A DNA stretch of 63,135 nucleotides, filler included, from Sandaracinaceae bacterium (lineage in GTDB: Bacteria; Myxococcota_A; Polyangia; Polyangiales; JADJQN01): NCBI GenBank assembly GCA_947483975.1. It is 3 parts of 3 records of this genome, joined end to end, with 100 filler letters (N's around TTAATTAATTAA, not from the genome) between each part and the next. Parts side by side here need not be neighbours in the genome. Positions count along the whole stretch, not along the records: positions 1 to 21,049 come from CANKOL010000047.1; 2 more parts are not named here. One strand, given 5' to 3'. This document shows positions 1-9,835 of the stretch, in pieces; position 1 is the stretch's first letter; each line of letters starts with the position of its first letter. The position numbers and the translations under genes are program-made. The notes below the pieces were generated by a model. It ran no database searches. It had not been told where the DNA came from and saw nothing but the letters and a program-made list of their open reading frames with translations.

Positions 1-147
1 GGAGTCCTCACCCCAGCCGGAGTCCTCACCCCAGCCGGAGTCCTCACCCCAGCCGGAGTCCTCACCCCAGCCGGAGTCCTCACCCCAGCCGGAGTCCTCA
101 CCCCAGCCGGAGTCCTCACCCCAGCCCTCTCCCTCGACGGGAGAGGG
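1..147 (+). repeat. 18-bp tandem repeat x7 ending in a REP-like hairpin
   Basis: GGAGTCCTCACCCCAGCC repeated exactly 7 times (1-126), then the hairpin CCCTCTCCC-TCGAC-GGGAGAGGG (125-147); lies at the contig start. Confidence 0.95.
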
Positions 148-205
148 GGCCGAGCACGCAGATCGTGCATAGCGCCTAGAGCGCTCAGAGCACGCAGAGC
201 GAGAC

Positions 206-790
206 ATGACTGACTCCGTTCATCCCACCGCGGTCGTTCATGCGTCGGCCATCGTCGATGAGGGCGCGACGATCGGCGCGGGCACGCGCGTCTGGCACTT
301 CGTCCACGTCTGCTCGGGGGCGACCATCGGTGCGCGCTGCTCGCTCGGGCAGAACGTGTTCATCGCGCGCGGCGTGCCCATCGGCGACGGCGTGAAGATC
401 CAGAACAACGTCAGCGTGTACGAGGGCGTCGAGATCGCAGACGACGTGTTCCTCGGGCCAAGCTGCGTGTTCACGAACGTCCACAACCCGCGGGCCTTCG
501 TCGAGCGCAAGACCGAGTACCGCAAGACCCTCGTCGCGCGCGGCGCGAGCGTCGGCGCCAACGCCGTCATCGTCTGCGGCTGCACGCTCGGCGAGTACTC
601 GTTCGTCGGCGCGGGCGCGGTCGTCACGCGCGATGTGCCGCCGTACGCCATCGTCGTCGGCAACCCGGCGCGGCACCTCGGCTGGATGTGCCGCTGCGGC
701 GTGCGCCTGCCCGCGGGCGACGCGCCGACGTGCGCCGCGTGCGCGAACCGCTACGCGATCTCGGGCAACACCTGCACGCCGATCCCATGA
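206..790 (+). CDS. wbpD: Hexapeptide-repeat N-acetyltransferase for UDP-2,3-diacetamido-uronic acid synthesis (WbpD/WlbB-like)
   Basis: Motifs [37 protein letters not shown]; its stop overlaps the next ATG (ATGA). Confidence 0.85.
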   Translation: MTDSVHPTAVVHASAIVDEGATIGAGTRVWHFVHVCSGATIGARCSLGQNVFIARGVPIGDGVKIQNNVSVYEGVEIADDVFLGPSCVFTNVHNPRAFVERKTEYRKTLVARGASVGANAVIVCGCTLGEYSFVGAGAVVTRDVPPYAIVVGNPARHLGWMCRCGVRLPAGDAPTCAACANRYAISGNTCTPIP

Positions 791-1974
791 CCAACCCCGC
801 GCCCATCCCGCTCCTCGACCTCGCCGCGCAGAATCAGCCGCTGATGCCGGAGCTTCGCGCCGCCTTCGAGCGCGTCGCGGCGCACGGGCACTTCATCCTC
901 GGCCCGGAGGTCGAGTCCTTCGAGCGCGCCGTCGCCGCGTACCTCGGCGTCGAGCACGCGATCGGCGTCTCGAGCGGCACCGACGCGCTCCTCGTCGCGC
1001 TGATGGCGCTCGATCTCGGGCCCGGCGACGAGGTCATCACCTCGCCGTTCAGCTTCTTCGCGACGGCGGGCTGCGTCGCGCGCCTCGGCGCCGTGCCCGT
1101 CTTCGTCGACATCGACCCGGCGACGTTCAACCTCGACGTCACGAAGGTCGAGCGGGCGATCACCTCGAAGACGAAGCTGATCCTCCCGGTGCACCTCTTC
1201 GGTCAGCCGTGCGCGATGGCGCCGCTGCAGGCGCTCGCCGCCGCGCACGGGCTGCGCCTCGTCGAGGACGCCGCCCAGGCGATCGGCGCGCGCACCGCGC
1301 TCGGTCCCGTCGGCGGGCTGGGCGCGCTCGCCGCGTTCAGCTTCTTCCCGTCGAAGAACCTCGGCGCGTTCGGCGACGCGGGGCTCGTCACGACGAACGA
1401 CGCGGCGCTCGCCGCGCGCGTGCGCCTGTTGCGCTCGCACGGCGCGTCGCCGAAGTACTTCAACCCCGAGATCGGCGGCAACTTCCGCCTCGACGCGCTC
1501 CAAGCCGCGCTCCTCGCCGTGAAGCTTCCGCACCTCGACGCTTGGGCGCAGGGCAGGGCGCAGAACGCCGCGCGCTACACCGCTGCCTTCGAGGCCGCTG
1601 CGTTCGATGCCGCTGCCTTCGAAGCCGCTGCCTTCGAAGCCGCAGAGCTCCGAGGCGCAGGCGTCTCGCGCGACGCGCTCACGCTCCCGCGCGCCGTCGA
1701 GGCGGGGCACGTCTGGAACCAGTACACGATCCGCACGCCGCGCCGCGACGCGCTCAAGGCGCACCTCGCCGCCGCGCAGATCGGGCACGAGGTCTACTAC
1801 CCGCTGCCGCTCCACTTACAGAAGTGCTTCGCGAAGCTCGGCTACGCGGAGGGCGCGTTCCCCGAGGCGGAGCGCGCGAGCCGCGAGGCGCTGTCGCTGC
1901 CGATCTTCCCCGAGCTAGGCGAAGCGCGCCTCGCCCGCGTCGTGCGCGAGGTCGTCGGCTTCTTGGCGAGCTAG
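787..1974 (+). CDS. DegT/DnrJ/EryC1/StrS PLP-dependent sugar aminotransferase (WbpE-like)
   Basis: [30 protein letters not shown] (PLP lysine), [17 protein letters not shown]; start ATG 787 coupled to the upstream stop. Confidence 0.9.
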   Translation: MTNPAPIPLLDLAAQNQPLMPELRAAFERVAAHGHFILGPEVESFERAVAAYLGVEHAIGVSSGTDALLVALMALDLGPGDEVITSPFSFFATAGCVARLGAVPVFVDIDPATFNLDVTKVERAITSKTKLILPVHLFGQPCAMAPLQALAAAHGLRLVEDAAQAIGARTALGPVGGLGALAAFSFFPSKNLGAFGDAGLVTTNDAALAARVRLLRSHGASPKYFNPEIGGNFRLDALQAALLAVKLPHLDAWAQGRAQNAARYTAAFEAAAFDAAAFEAAAFEAAELRGAGVSRDALTLPRAVEAGHVWNQYTIRTPRRDALKAHLAAAQIGHEVYYPLPLHLQKCFAKLGYAEGAFPEAERASREALSLPIFPELGEARLARVVREVVGFLAS

Positions 1975-2001
1975 CCGGGCTCCCCGGAGCGCCGCGCCCG
2001 C

Positions 2002-2679
2002 TCAACGCCCCAAGAGCGCGAAGCCGATGCCCTTCGCGACCGCGAGCGCGAGGAGCAGCAGCCCCGCCGTCCGCAGGCCCTGCGTCATCGGGCTGTAGCG
2101 CTTGCCAGCGTTCGCCCGCGCGACCGCGCCGCGCGCCCCGACGACGTCGAGGCCGATCACGGACGCGATGAACACCGCGCCCTCGGTCGTCTGCCCCGTC
2201 ATCAGCAGCGCGAACGCGAACACCTCCGCGAGCGCGAGGAGCGCGCCCGACGCGACCTCGCCCGCGTAGAAGTGCCCCGCGCCGAACGACAGGAACAGCC
2301 CGACGCCCGTCGAGACGAGCGTGCTCTTCGGCTGCGTGCGCCGCCCGCCAGCGCGCGGATCGCGCCGATACGGCCCCGTGCCCGCGTCGCTCCCGAGGCG
2401 AGGCGGCTCGTCGTCGTCCTCTTGGTCCTCGTCGCGGTCCACCGGCACGCCGAGGTCGAGCGACTCGAGCAGGTCCCGCGCGCGCTCAGCGTCCACCGCC
2501 CGCACGCGCAGCTCCACGCCGAGCATCGACGCCGTCAGCGGCCCGCCGATCGCCTGCGCGTGCCGCAGCCCCGCCGTCTGCGCCGGGATCCCCTCCTGCT
2601 CGAGCAGGTGCTGCCACATCTCGAGCTGCACAGGGTCCGTGATCGACGCGACGCTCACCCACCGCTGCTCGTCGCTCAT
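2002..2679 (-). CDS. DUF2007-like N-terminal domain plus C-terminal membrane helices, hypothetical
   Basis: LLEQEGIPA...VELRVRAVDAERARDLL pattern, then GAGHFYAG and hydrophobic segments. Confidence 0.6.
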   Translation of the reverse strand: MSDEQRWVSVASITDPVQLEMWQHLLEQEGIPAQTAGLRHAQAIGGPLTASMLGVELRVRAVDAERARDLLESLDLGVPVDRDEDQEDDDEPPRLGSDAGTGPYRRDPRAGGRRTQPKSTLVSTGVGLFLSFGAGHFYAGEVASGALLALAEVFAFALLMTGQTTEGAVFIASVIGLDVVGARGAVARANAGKRYSPMTQGLRTAGLLLLALAVAKGIGFALLGR

Positions 2680-2739
2680 GCGCACAACCTAGTGCCGAAC
2701 GCCGCGCTGCGCCGCCGAGAGGCGCCCGCGAAGCCGACG

Positions 2740-3162
2740 TCACCCGCGCGCGGTCGGCACGACGGGCACCTTGGTCCCATCGGGGCGCCGCCAGACGACG
2801 CGGAACTCGCGGTCGTAGGTCCAAACGCGCGCCTTCTTCAGGCGCGCCGTGGCGATGACGAGCGCCGCGTCGGCCCAGTCCGGGCGATGCTCGGCGTACC
2901 GGGCTACCCACTCGAACGCCGCGCGCCGTGACTCGGCGGGTCGCTCGTCCGGCAGCACGCCGATGGGGAGGGCGTCGAGCAGCCGCGCGAGGCGAGCCCG
3001 CTGCGACGCGGCGCCGAGCAGATGGAGCGCCTCGGTGAGCACGCCGTCGGACACCACGAAGAGCTCCCGCGCGAGCCGGTCGAGGTCGCGCACCGCCGTC
3101 GCGTGCAGCGCGTCCAGCGGATCACAGAGCGCGACGAGCGGCGTGCTGTCGACGAGGATCAC
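2740..3162 (-). CDS. PIN-domain (VapC-like) toxin
   Basis: N-terminal ILVDSTPLVAL, VLTEALHLL, DWADAALV, WTYDREF acidic PIN residues; GTGA overlap with the upstream small gene. Confidence 0.85.
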   Translation of the reverse strand: MILVDSTPLVALCDPLDALHATAVRDLDRLARELFVVSDGVLTEALHLLGAASQRARLARLLDALPIGVLPDERPAESRRAAFEWVARYAEHRPDWADAALVIATARLKKARVWTYDREFRVVWRRPDGTKVPVVPTARG

Positions 3163-3443
3163 GGCGCCCCGCTCCGCAGGCGCGCGGCGATGTGACGCTG
3201 CACGGCGTGCCGATCCGTCGTGTCGACGCCGTGGCTCCGGGTGCCCGGCGGATCGGGGAGCTCCGCGAGCAGCGCGGCGATGAGCTGCGACGGCTTCTGC
3301 TTCCGCGCGAGGTGCCCGAGGCGCCGCGCGTGCTCCGCGCGGATCGCCTCGCGCACGATGCGCGAGATCGGGATCCCCTCCTCGCGGAGCTGGTCAGCGA
3401 GGTGCTGGTCCTCGGCATCGAGGCGGACGTTGAGCAGGGGCAT
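3159..3443 (-). CDS. Ribbon-helix-helix antitoxin (VapB-like), 94 aa
   Basis: MPLLNVRLDAED...ISRIVREAI RHH pattern; directly upstream of and coupled to the PIN gene. Confidence 0.75.
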   Translation of the reverse strand: MPLLNVRLDAEDQHLADQLREEGIPISRIVREAIRAEHARRLGHLARKQKPSQLIAALLAELPDPPGTRSHGVDTTDRHAVQRHIAARLRSGAP

Positions 3444-3449
3444 CCCCCT

Positions 3450-3478
3450 AGTGTAAAGACAGAGCGTCCTTACGTCGA
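3450..3478 (-). promoter_or_regulatory. Putative sigma70 promoter of vapBC with an overlapping operator palindrome
   Basis: Minus strand TCGACG-17 nt-TACACT, 6 nt before the ATG; imperfect palindrome GTAAAGAC-N5-GTCCTTAC at 3453-3473. Confidence 0.55.
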
Positions 3479-3571
3479 GCGCTTCGGCAGGGTTCAGGTC
3501 CCCTTCTCGGCGGGGAGCAGCGGCGGTCGCGCGGCGCTCCCCCCTGAGCCTGGCGCCGTGCTTCCGACCGC

Positions 3572-5368
3572 TCAGGTCATGCCGAAGAGCATCGGCACGA
3601 GCAGCACGGTCACGGCCATGATGAGCAGGTCGAGCGGCAGGCCCATGCGGACGAAGTCCGTGAAGCGGTAGCCGCCGGGGCCGTAGACCATCAGGTGCGT
3701 CTGGTACGCCGTCGGCAGCGCGAAGCCGCTCGAGCCGGCGATGGCGATGGCGATGGCGAAGGGCATGAACGGCACCCCGAGCGAGAGCGCCGCGGCCTTG
3801 GCGACGGGGAACGCGATCACCACCGCCGCGCTGTGCGTGACGAACTCCGTGCAGAGCAGCGTCGTCAGGTACACGCCGAGCAGCACGCCGCGCGGGCCGA
3901 GCGACGCCGTCAGGCCGACGAGGCCCTCCGCGAGCGTCCCCGCCGCGCCGCTCTTGTCCATCGCCTTGCCGAGGCCGATCGCCGCACCGATGGCGAGCAG
4001 CACGTGCCCGTCGATCGACTTGCGCGCCTGCTCGAGCGAGACGCAGCCCGTCGCGATCATCAGCGTCGCCGCGACCGACGCCGCGATCAGCAGGCTGACG
4101 TGCGTGAAGCTCTCCGCCGCGTTGACCACGACCATCACGCCGAGGATGCCGATGGCCGTCCAGGCGCGGTCGTGTCGCAGCGGCTGCGAGCCTGGCACGC
4201 TGACGAGGAAGAGCTCGCGCGAGTGCCGGTGCGCGTCCACGAAGCGCGGGTGCGCCTCGACGAGCACGGTGTCGCCGACGCGCAGCTCGATGTCGCCGAT
4301 CTTGCGCACGAGCCGCTCGCCGCCGCGGTGCACCGCGATCACCGCCGCGTCGTAGCGCGTGCGGAACCGCGCCTCGCGGATGCTCATCCCGACCACCGGG
4401 CACGAGCGCCCGACGACCGCCTCGACGAGCACGCGGTTCGCGCGCGAGCGGTCAGCGAGCTTGAAGACCTGCTCGGTCGCCGGGCGCAGCCCGCGGATCT
4501 TCTGCAGATCGACGACCGCCTCCACGATGCCGACGAAGATCAGCCGGTCCCCGCCGCGCAGCCGCTGATCGGGCGCGACCGCCACGATCGACTCGCCGTC
4601 GCGCTCGATCTCGACCAGGTACGCGTGCTGCAGGTGCCGGAGCCCCGCGTCCTCGACCGTCTTGCCGTCGACCGCGCTGCCCGGCTCGACCAGCATCTCG
4701 ACCGTGTACTCGCGCGCGTCCTCCTGCGTCGTGCTCGCCGTGCGGCGCTCGGGCAGCAGCCAGCGCGACGCGACGAGGACGTAGACCACGCCGACGATCG
4801 CCGCGGGCACGCCGACCTTCGTGATCGTGAACATCCCCATCGTCGGCAGGTGCGCGTCGACGAGCATCGCCTGCACGATCAGGTTCGTGCTCGTGCCGAT
4901 CAGCGTGCAGATCCCGCCGAAGATCGCGAAGTAGCTGAGCGGGATGAAGAGCTTGCTCGCCGCGAGGCCGGTCTTCTTCGACCAGTCGTTGACCACGGGC
5001 ATGAACATCGCGACGACGGTCGTGTTGTTGAGGAACGCGCTCGCCGCAGTCACCGGCAGCGCCAGCCGCGCCTGCGCCCCGAGCGCGCTCCGCGGCCGTC
5101 CGAGCACCCGGTCCGTCAGCAGCGACATCCCGCCCGTCTGCGAGAGCCCCTCGGCGACCACGAAGAGCACCGCGATCGTGACGATCGCCTCGTTGCCGAA
5201 CCCCGCCGCGAGGTCCCGCGGCCCGGGCAGCCGCTCCGAGAACTCCGACAGCACCCCGATCGCGCCCGCCCCGGCGAGCAGCACGACGTCCGGCGACGCC
5301 AAGCTCCGCACGAGCGCCACCAGACACCCACCGAGCACCGCCAGAGTCGCCCACGCTTCCCAGTGCAC
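3572..5368 (-). CDS. SLC13/CitMHS-family permease with two TrkA-C (RCK_C) domains
   Basis: SAFLNNTTVV, GGICTLIGTSTNL, soluble RCK_C repeats, YQTHLMVYGPGGYRFTDF. Confidence 0.9.
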   Translation of the reverse strand: MHWEAWATLAVLGGCLVALVRSLASPDVVLLAGAGAIGVLSEFSERLPGPRDLAAGFGNEAIVTIAVLFVVAEGLSQTGGMSLLTDRVLGRPRSALGAQARLALPVTAASAFLNNTTVVAMFMPVVNDWSKKTGLAASKLFIPLSYFAIFGGICTLIGTSTNLIVQAMLVDAHLPTMGMFTITKVGVPAAIVGVVYVLVASRWLLPERRTASTTQEDAREYTVEMLVEPGSAVDGKTVEDAGLRHLQHAYLVEIERDGESIVAVAPDQRLRGGDRLIFVGIVEAVVDLQKIRGLRPATEQVFKLADRSRANRVLVEAVVGRSCPVVGMSIREARFRTRYDAAVIAVHRGGERLVRKIGDIELRVGDTVLVEAHPRFVDAHRHSRELFLVSVPGSQPLRHDRAWTAIGILGVMVVVNAAESFTHVSLLIAASVAATLMIATGCVSLEQARKSIDGHVLLAIGAAIGLGKAMDKSGAAGTLAEGLVGLTASLGPRGVLLGVYLTTLLCTEFVTHSAAVVIAFPVAKAAALSLGVPFMPFAIAIAIAGSSGFALPTAYQTHLMVYGPGGYRFTDFVRMGLPLDLLIMAVTVLLVPMLFGMT

Positions 5369-5454
5369 GCTCGGCGTATATCACAGCCTCCCGCGCCGCT
5401 CAGCGTTGCGCGGGAGGGGAGCGCGGGCTCCACCCCGACCTCGGCGACGACTCG

Positions 5455-6142
5455 ATGACGGAGGTGCGGGTCCGGCAGCTGATCGAGGAGTCGATCAGCT
5501 CGAGTATGCTCGAGGGCGCGCGCCCGGCGACGCGCGAGCGCGCGCGACAGCTCGTGCGCGAGGGCAGGGCGCCTGCGACCCACGACGAGCGGATGGTCGT
5601 CCACAACTGGCGCGCCATGGCGCGAATCCCCGCCCTGTGCGCCGAGCGTCGGGCGCTCACCCTCGACGACCTCCGCGAGCTGCACAGCCTCCTCGGAGAG
5701 GGCGCCCTCGCGCGTCGTGGGCGCCGAGGGCGCGTTTCGCGGGGAGGAGCACACCATCACCGTCGCCGACGGGGCCGGGAATATCTGGTTCACGCCGCCG
5801 CCGGCCCGTGGCCTCGAAGACCGCGTCGCCGCGCTGCTCCGCTTCGCTGACGGGCGCGAGGGGGCGGACTTCGTCCACCCGATCGTCCGCGCCGTCCTCT
5901 GCCACTTCTGGCTCGCCTACGAGCACCCGTTCCGCGACGGCAACGGCCGCGTCGCGCGCGCGCTGTTCTATTGGTGCCTGCTCCGCCACGGCTACGACCT
6001 CGCGGAGTACCTCTCGATCGCGCCGACGACGGCGCGGTGCGCCAGGAACCCCGTGAAGCGACGCCCACGGGAGGGCGCCGATGGCCCCTCTCTCGTCGAG
6101 AGAGAGGGGCGGGCGGGTAGAGCTCGCGCAGCGCGGGGGTGA
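5455..6142 (+). pseudogene. Fic-domain protein, frameshifted and probably truncated
   Basis: IEESISSSMLEGA in one frame, Fic motif HPFRDGNGRVAR in another; frame change near 5710-5720; protein-like sequence ends near 6020, just before a repeat element. Confidence 0.8.
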
Positions 6143-6161
6143 GGACTGCGGAGGTGAGGAC
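6084..6161 (-). repeat. REP-like element of the same family as 1-147
   Basis: Hairpin GCCCCTCTCTC-GTCGA-GAGAGAGGGGC (6084-6110) plus two GTCCTCACC motifs on the minus strand (6135-6161). Confidence 0.7.
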
Positions 6162-6283
6162 CGCATGAACGTCCAACCCCCCCTCCAGCAACGTACTCAA
6201 GCGAACGTTTCACCAGTGGTCGGGTCATGTCGTTGACAGCCCTGGCCGCGTCGATATACTCAGCCAGCTTTCGGGGAGGCTTC

Positions 6284-6910
6284 ATGCTCGCGCGCTTCAA
6301 GTCAGTCGCCTCGCAGCTCGGGGGATTCCGCTACGCCATCACGCTCGCCATCGCGGCGCTGCTGATTGGCGGCGGCATCGCGCTCGCGCAGGACCGCACG
6401 GGCGGTGAGGGCCCGGCCCAGAACGGTGAGGACGGCGCCGCCGACGTCGAGCGCCACGCCAACCTCAGCGGTCCCGAGCAGGTCGCCGAGGCCGAGCGCA
6501 TCGGCACCCGCGCCACGCAGATCAGCCGCCGCGTGCAGCAGATGCTCGACGAGGCCCGCCGTGAGCGCGACATCATGCGCGTCACCTGCCTCAACGATAA
6601 GCTGACCCAGGTCAACGCCAACCTCCGGACCGCGGGCGCCCGCGGCGATTCGCTCCGCGAGGCCGTGCAGATGAACGACGACGATCGCCGGAACCACGAG
6701 TTCACGGTGCTCACCGTCCTCAGCCAGAAGTTCCGCACGCTCGAGCAAGAGGCCAACCAGTGCGTCGGCCAGGACATCTTCGAGACCGGCACGACGCGCG
6801 TCGAGACCAGCATCGACCCGGCGACGCCCGAAGAAGACGCCACCGCCGTACCGTCGTTCCCCGAAGTGCCCGTCCCCTTCATCCCGCCGCCGGCCAGCCC
6901 GACGACGTGA
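6284..6910 (+). CDS. Secreted alpha-helical hypothetical protein with two Cys, first gene of the polysaccharide export operon
   Basis: GGAGG RBS before ATG 6284; signal peptide ending ALA-Q; heptad-like helices; TCLNDKL and EANQCVG; Pro-rich tail. Confidence 0.8.
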   Translation: MLARFKSVASQLGGFRYAITLAIAALLIGGGIALAQDRTGGEGPAQNGEDGAADVERHANLSGPEQVAEAERIGTRATQISRRVQQMLDEARRERDIMRVTCLNDKLTQVNANLRTAGARGDSLREAVQMNDDDRRNHEFTVLTVLSQKFRTLEQEANQCVGQDIFETGTTRVETSIDPATPEEDATAVPSFPEVPVPFIPPPASPTT

Positions 6911-6993
6911 GTGCCGACCATCCACCCACGATCTGAGAGCTGAGCTCACGAGGGGCTGTCGTTGAGCCCCAATACTTCGGAGATTCCCGGGAC

Positions 6994-8370
6994 ATGCGCT
7001 TGAGTATCGTTCGCCTGCTGGGAGGGCTGCTCGCCCTAGCGACGGCCCTGACCGCCGCCGCCCCTGCCGTCGCCCAAGACTGGCTCTCCGACCGCAAGCG
7101 CGCGGAGGGCCCGGGCATTCGTTTGGGAGATTTCGAGCTTCACCCCGGCATCGGCATCGAGGGCGGCTACGACTCCAACGTCTTCTTCAGCGACGGCGGC
7201 GCGACGAGCACCGCGATCGTGCCCTCGGGCATCCTGCGGGTCACGCCGCACCTCTTGTTCTCGACGCTCGGCACGCAGCGCGCGGCCGAGGGTGAGGCGC
7301 GCGATAGCGCGACCGCCTCCCCGCCGTCCATTACGTTCCGCGGCGGGATCGACGCGTCGTACTACGCGTTCTTCGCCGACCAGGCGAAGAACAACGTCGG
7401 CCTCGACGCCGACCTCAACCTAGTCATCCTGCCTGAGAGGCCGTTCACGATCGCCTTCCACGAGCGCTTCTCGCGGGTGATTCGGCCCTTCACGGAACAG
7501 CGCGGCGCCGGCGTCGGCGCGGCGCGCTTCGACTTCGGGCGCAACGAGAACGACGCGGGCGTGGAGTTCTCGTTCGGGACGCCCGGGCGCGTCCTCGCGG
7601 GCCGCGTGGGCTACTCGCTCCTCTACAACTTCTTCGACGGCACTGACTTCCAGTTCGCGAACGCGCTCACCCACAACTTCACGGGCGGCGCGAGCTTCCG
7701 CTTTCTGCCGCAGACCGCCTTCGTCTACGACTTCCAGGGCCAGTACAGGACGTACCCGTCCTTCTCGGCGGGCGGCATCTCGCCGTTGCTGTCGGACGGC
7801 TTCAACCTGCGCACGCGCGTCGGCATCAACGGCGCCTTCACGAACCGCCTCTCGCTCAGCCTGATGGTCGGCTACGCGGCCGGCTGGTACGGGACGCGGG
7901 ACGACTTCGACTCGGTCGCCGCCCAGGCGGAGCTTCGCTGGCAGGCGAGCAGCAACGTCAAGTTCGCGCTCGGTTACGACCGCAACTTCTCGCCGTCCTA
8001 CATCGGCAACTTCATGCGGACTGACCGCGGGTACGTGAACTTCCAGCTCATGCTGGGCGGCTCGTTCCTCGTCGGCGCGGACGCTTCGCTCGGGCTGGTC
8101 GGCTTTGGGGTCCCCGTCGCGGCGGACGGCACGACCGCGCTCGGCTCCAATACCGACGGCAGCACGAACCGCAGTGACATCCGCCTCGCCACCGGCGTGT
8201 TCGCGGAGTACCGCCTGACGAACTGGCTCGGCTTGAACGCGACGGTTCGCTACACGGGCGACTACACGGACTACCGCTACGCGATCGAGGACCGCCCCGG
8301 CGTGACGACGCTCGATCCCGCGGGCTACAACAAGTTCGAAGGTTGGTTCGGCGTTCGCGCCTTCTACTGA
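6994..8370 (+). CDS. Outer-membrane beta-barrel of polysaccharide export (EpsX/Wzp-like)
   Basis: Signal peptide AVA-Q, GYDSNVF, alternating aromatic beta-strands, C-terminal GVRAFY; directly upstream of the OPX gene. Confidence 0.8.
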   Translation: MRLSIVRLLGGLLALATALTAAAPAVAQDWLSDRKRAEGPGIRLGDFELHPGIGIEGGYDSNVFFSDGGATSTAIVPSGILRVTPHLLFSTLGTQRAAEGEARDSATASPPSITFRGGIDASYYAFFADQAKNNVGLDADLNLVILPERPFTIAFHERFSRVIRPFTEQRGAGVGAARFDFGRNENDAGVEFSFGTPGRVLAGRVGYSLLYNFFDGTDFQFANALTHNFTGGASFRFLPQTAFVYDFQGQYRTYPSFSAGGISPLLSDGFNLRTRVGINGAFTNRLSLSLMVGYAAGWYGTRDDFDSVAAQAELRWQASSNVKFALGYDRNFSPSYIGNFMRTDRGYVNFQLMLGGSFLVGADASLGLVGFGVPVAADGTTALGSNTDGSTNRSDIRLATGVFAEYRLTNWLGLNATVRYTGDYTDYRYAIEDRPGVTTLDPAGYNKFEGWFGVRAFY

Positions 8371-8405
8371 GTCGAACGGACGCGCGGTCCCGCGCATCCT
8401 AGCTC

Positions 8406-9011
8406 GTGAATATGCGATCCGCCGTGCGCAGTAGCCTCCTCGTCAGCCTCGCGCTCTTGCTGCTCTCCGCCTGCGGGGGAGCGAGCGTGACGACGACGCT
8501 GCCCGTCTTGCCGGGTGACGACACCACGCTCGGCTCGGGCGACGTCTTCGACGTGCGCGTGTTTGGCGAGGCCGACCTCGCGGCGACGTACCGCGTGGCG
8601 CAGGACGGGAGCATCGACTTCCCGCTCGTCGGGCGCCTCGCCGTCGCGGGCCTCGAACCGACTGCCGTGGCGGACCTCCTCTCGGAGCGCCTGCGGAGCG
8701 GGCAGTACCTGCGGGACCCGCAGGTGTCGGTGCTGGTCAAGGAGTACAACTCCAAGCGCATCAGCATCATGGGCGCGGTCGCGCGTCCCGGGACCTTCCC
8801 GATGTCGAGCGGGCTGACCGTCGTGCAGGCGATCAGCTTGGCGGGCGGCTTCACGCCGCTCGCGTCCCGGAACAGCACGGTCGTCAGCCGTCGCGTGAAC
8901 GGCCAGGTCCGCCGCTATCGCGTGCAGGTGGACGACGTCACCGGCGGCGGCGCCAGCGACGTGCCGCTCGCGACGGGCGACATCGTCTTCGTGCCTGAGC
9001 GCGTGTTCTGA
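8406..9011 (+). CDS. wza: Short OPX/Wza polysaccharide export lipoprotein (Poly_export plus one SLBB)
   Basis: Lipobox LSAC; LGSGDVFDVRVFGE, DGSIDFPLVG, GAVARPG, AISLAGGF; ends GDIVFVPERVF with no C-terminal OM helix. Confidence 0.9.
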   Translation: MNMRSAVRSSLLVSLALLLLSACGGASVTTTLPVLPGDDTTLGSGDVFDVRVFGEADLAATYRVAQDGSIDFPLVGRLAVAGLEPTAVADLLSERLRSGQYLRDPQVSVLVKEYNSKRISIMGAVARPGTFPMSSGLTVVQAISLAGGFTPLASRNSTVVSRRVNGQVRRYRVQVDDVTGGGASDVPLATGDIVFVPERVF

Positions 9012-9080
9012 GCGGCTGAGCCAGGGCCGGTAGGTGTCGGTAGCGTTCGCGAGAACGCGCAACTCGCGGTCGCCATCGTC

Positions 9081-9236
9081 GCGAGTGCCCGGCGCTGCCT
9101 CCGCGATGATGCCCGCGACCGGCGCGAGCGCCCGGCGCTGCCTCCGCGATGATGTGTGCCCGCGTGCGGATTGCCGGGCGCTGCCTCCGCGACGATCCCC
9201 GCGACCGGCGCGAGTGCCCGGCGCTGCCTCCGCGAC
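9081..9236. repeat. 43-bp-period tandem repeat x4
   Basis: Core GGCGCTGCCTCCGCGA at 9091, 9134, 9177 and 9220. Confidence 0.9.
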
Positions 9237-9430
9237 GGTCCGCATGACCAGACGACGGGCTGCCTTGGGGGTGGAAACCGGCATTTCTTCCCGTGTTTCT
9301 CGGTGGTGGCGTCGGCACGTTGTGACCGTCGAGTGCCTCAGTTGGCCTCGGAGCGCGCGAACAGCATCCTCGAGGGGGCGCGCATGGTTGAAAACGCCCC
9401 CTTTGGGCTCGCGGGCCGATGCGCGGGCAT

Positions 9431-9653
9431 CGAAAGGCGAGGTCCCCGCCTCTGAAACGCGAGTCCCCACGGGGAATGGCCCCCGGAAGGCGGGGATCCG
9501 CGTTTTTTTACCGGGGACCGGCGTTTTCGGGACCGGGGACCGGCGCTTTTTTGTTGGGGACTGGCGTTTTCGGAAGGGGGGATGAGCGTTTTAAACGTGG
9601 GGATCGGCGTTTTTTGAGCGGGGACCGGCGGTCGCGGACCGGGGACCGGCGCG
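9431..9653. repeat. Phased 21/22-bp array of GGGGAYCGGCGTTTT-like motifs (9 direct, 2 inverted)
   Basis: GGGGA starts at 9471, 9492, 9513, 9535, 9556, 9578, 9599, 9620, 9641; inverted copies end in GTCCCC at 9447 and 9468. Confidence 0.85.
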
Positions 9654-9835
9654 CGCGACGTCTTTGGGGCCGTTCGCGGCCGCAAGATGGCGCCTGGTGA
9701 GGCCCCTCCTTGGGTGCGCATGGTCAACTGGTTCCTCCGCAGGCGGATAAAGACACAAAATTCCGTTGACGGCTTTGAGCGGTTTTGAGCACATTTTCCC
9801 CGCGGCCGACAGGGGTAGCGGCCAACGGAGGAGAC

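Noticed and set aside
9081..9653. Possible CRISPR array or coding heptad repeat (ORFs 9338-9931, 9419-9700)
   Set aside because: Units are too short or degenerate for CRISPR and there are no cas genes; the 22-bp steps shift the frame, and the ORFs lack the genome's codon bias
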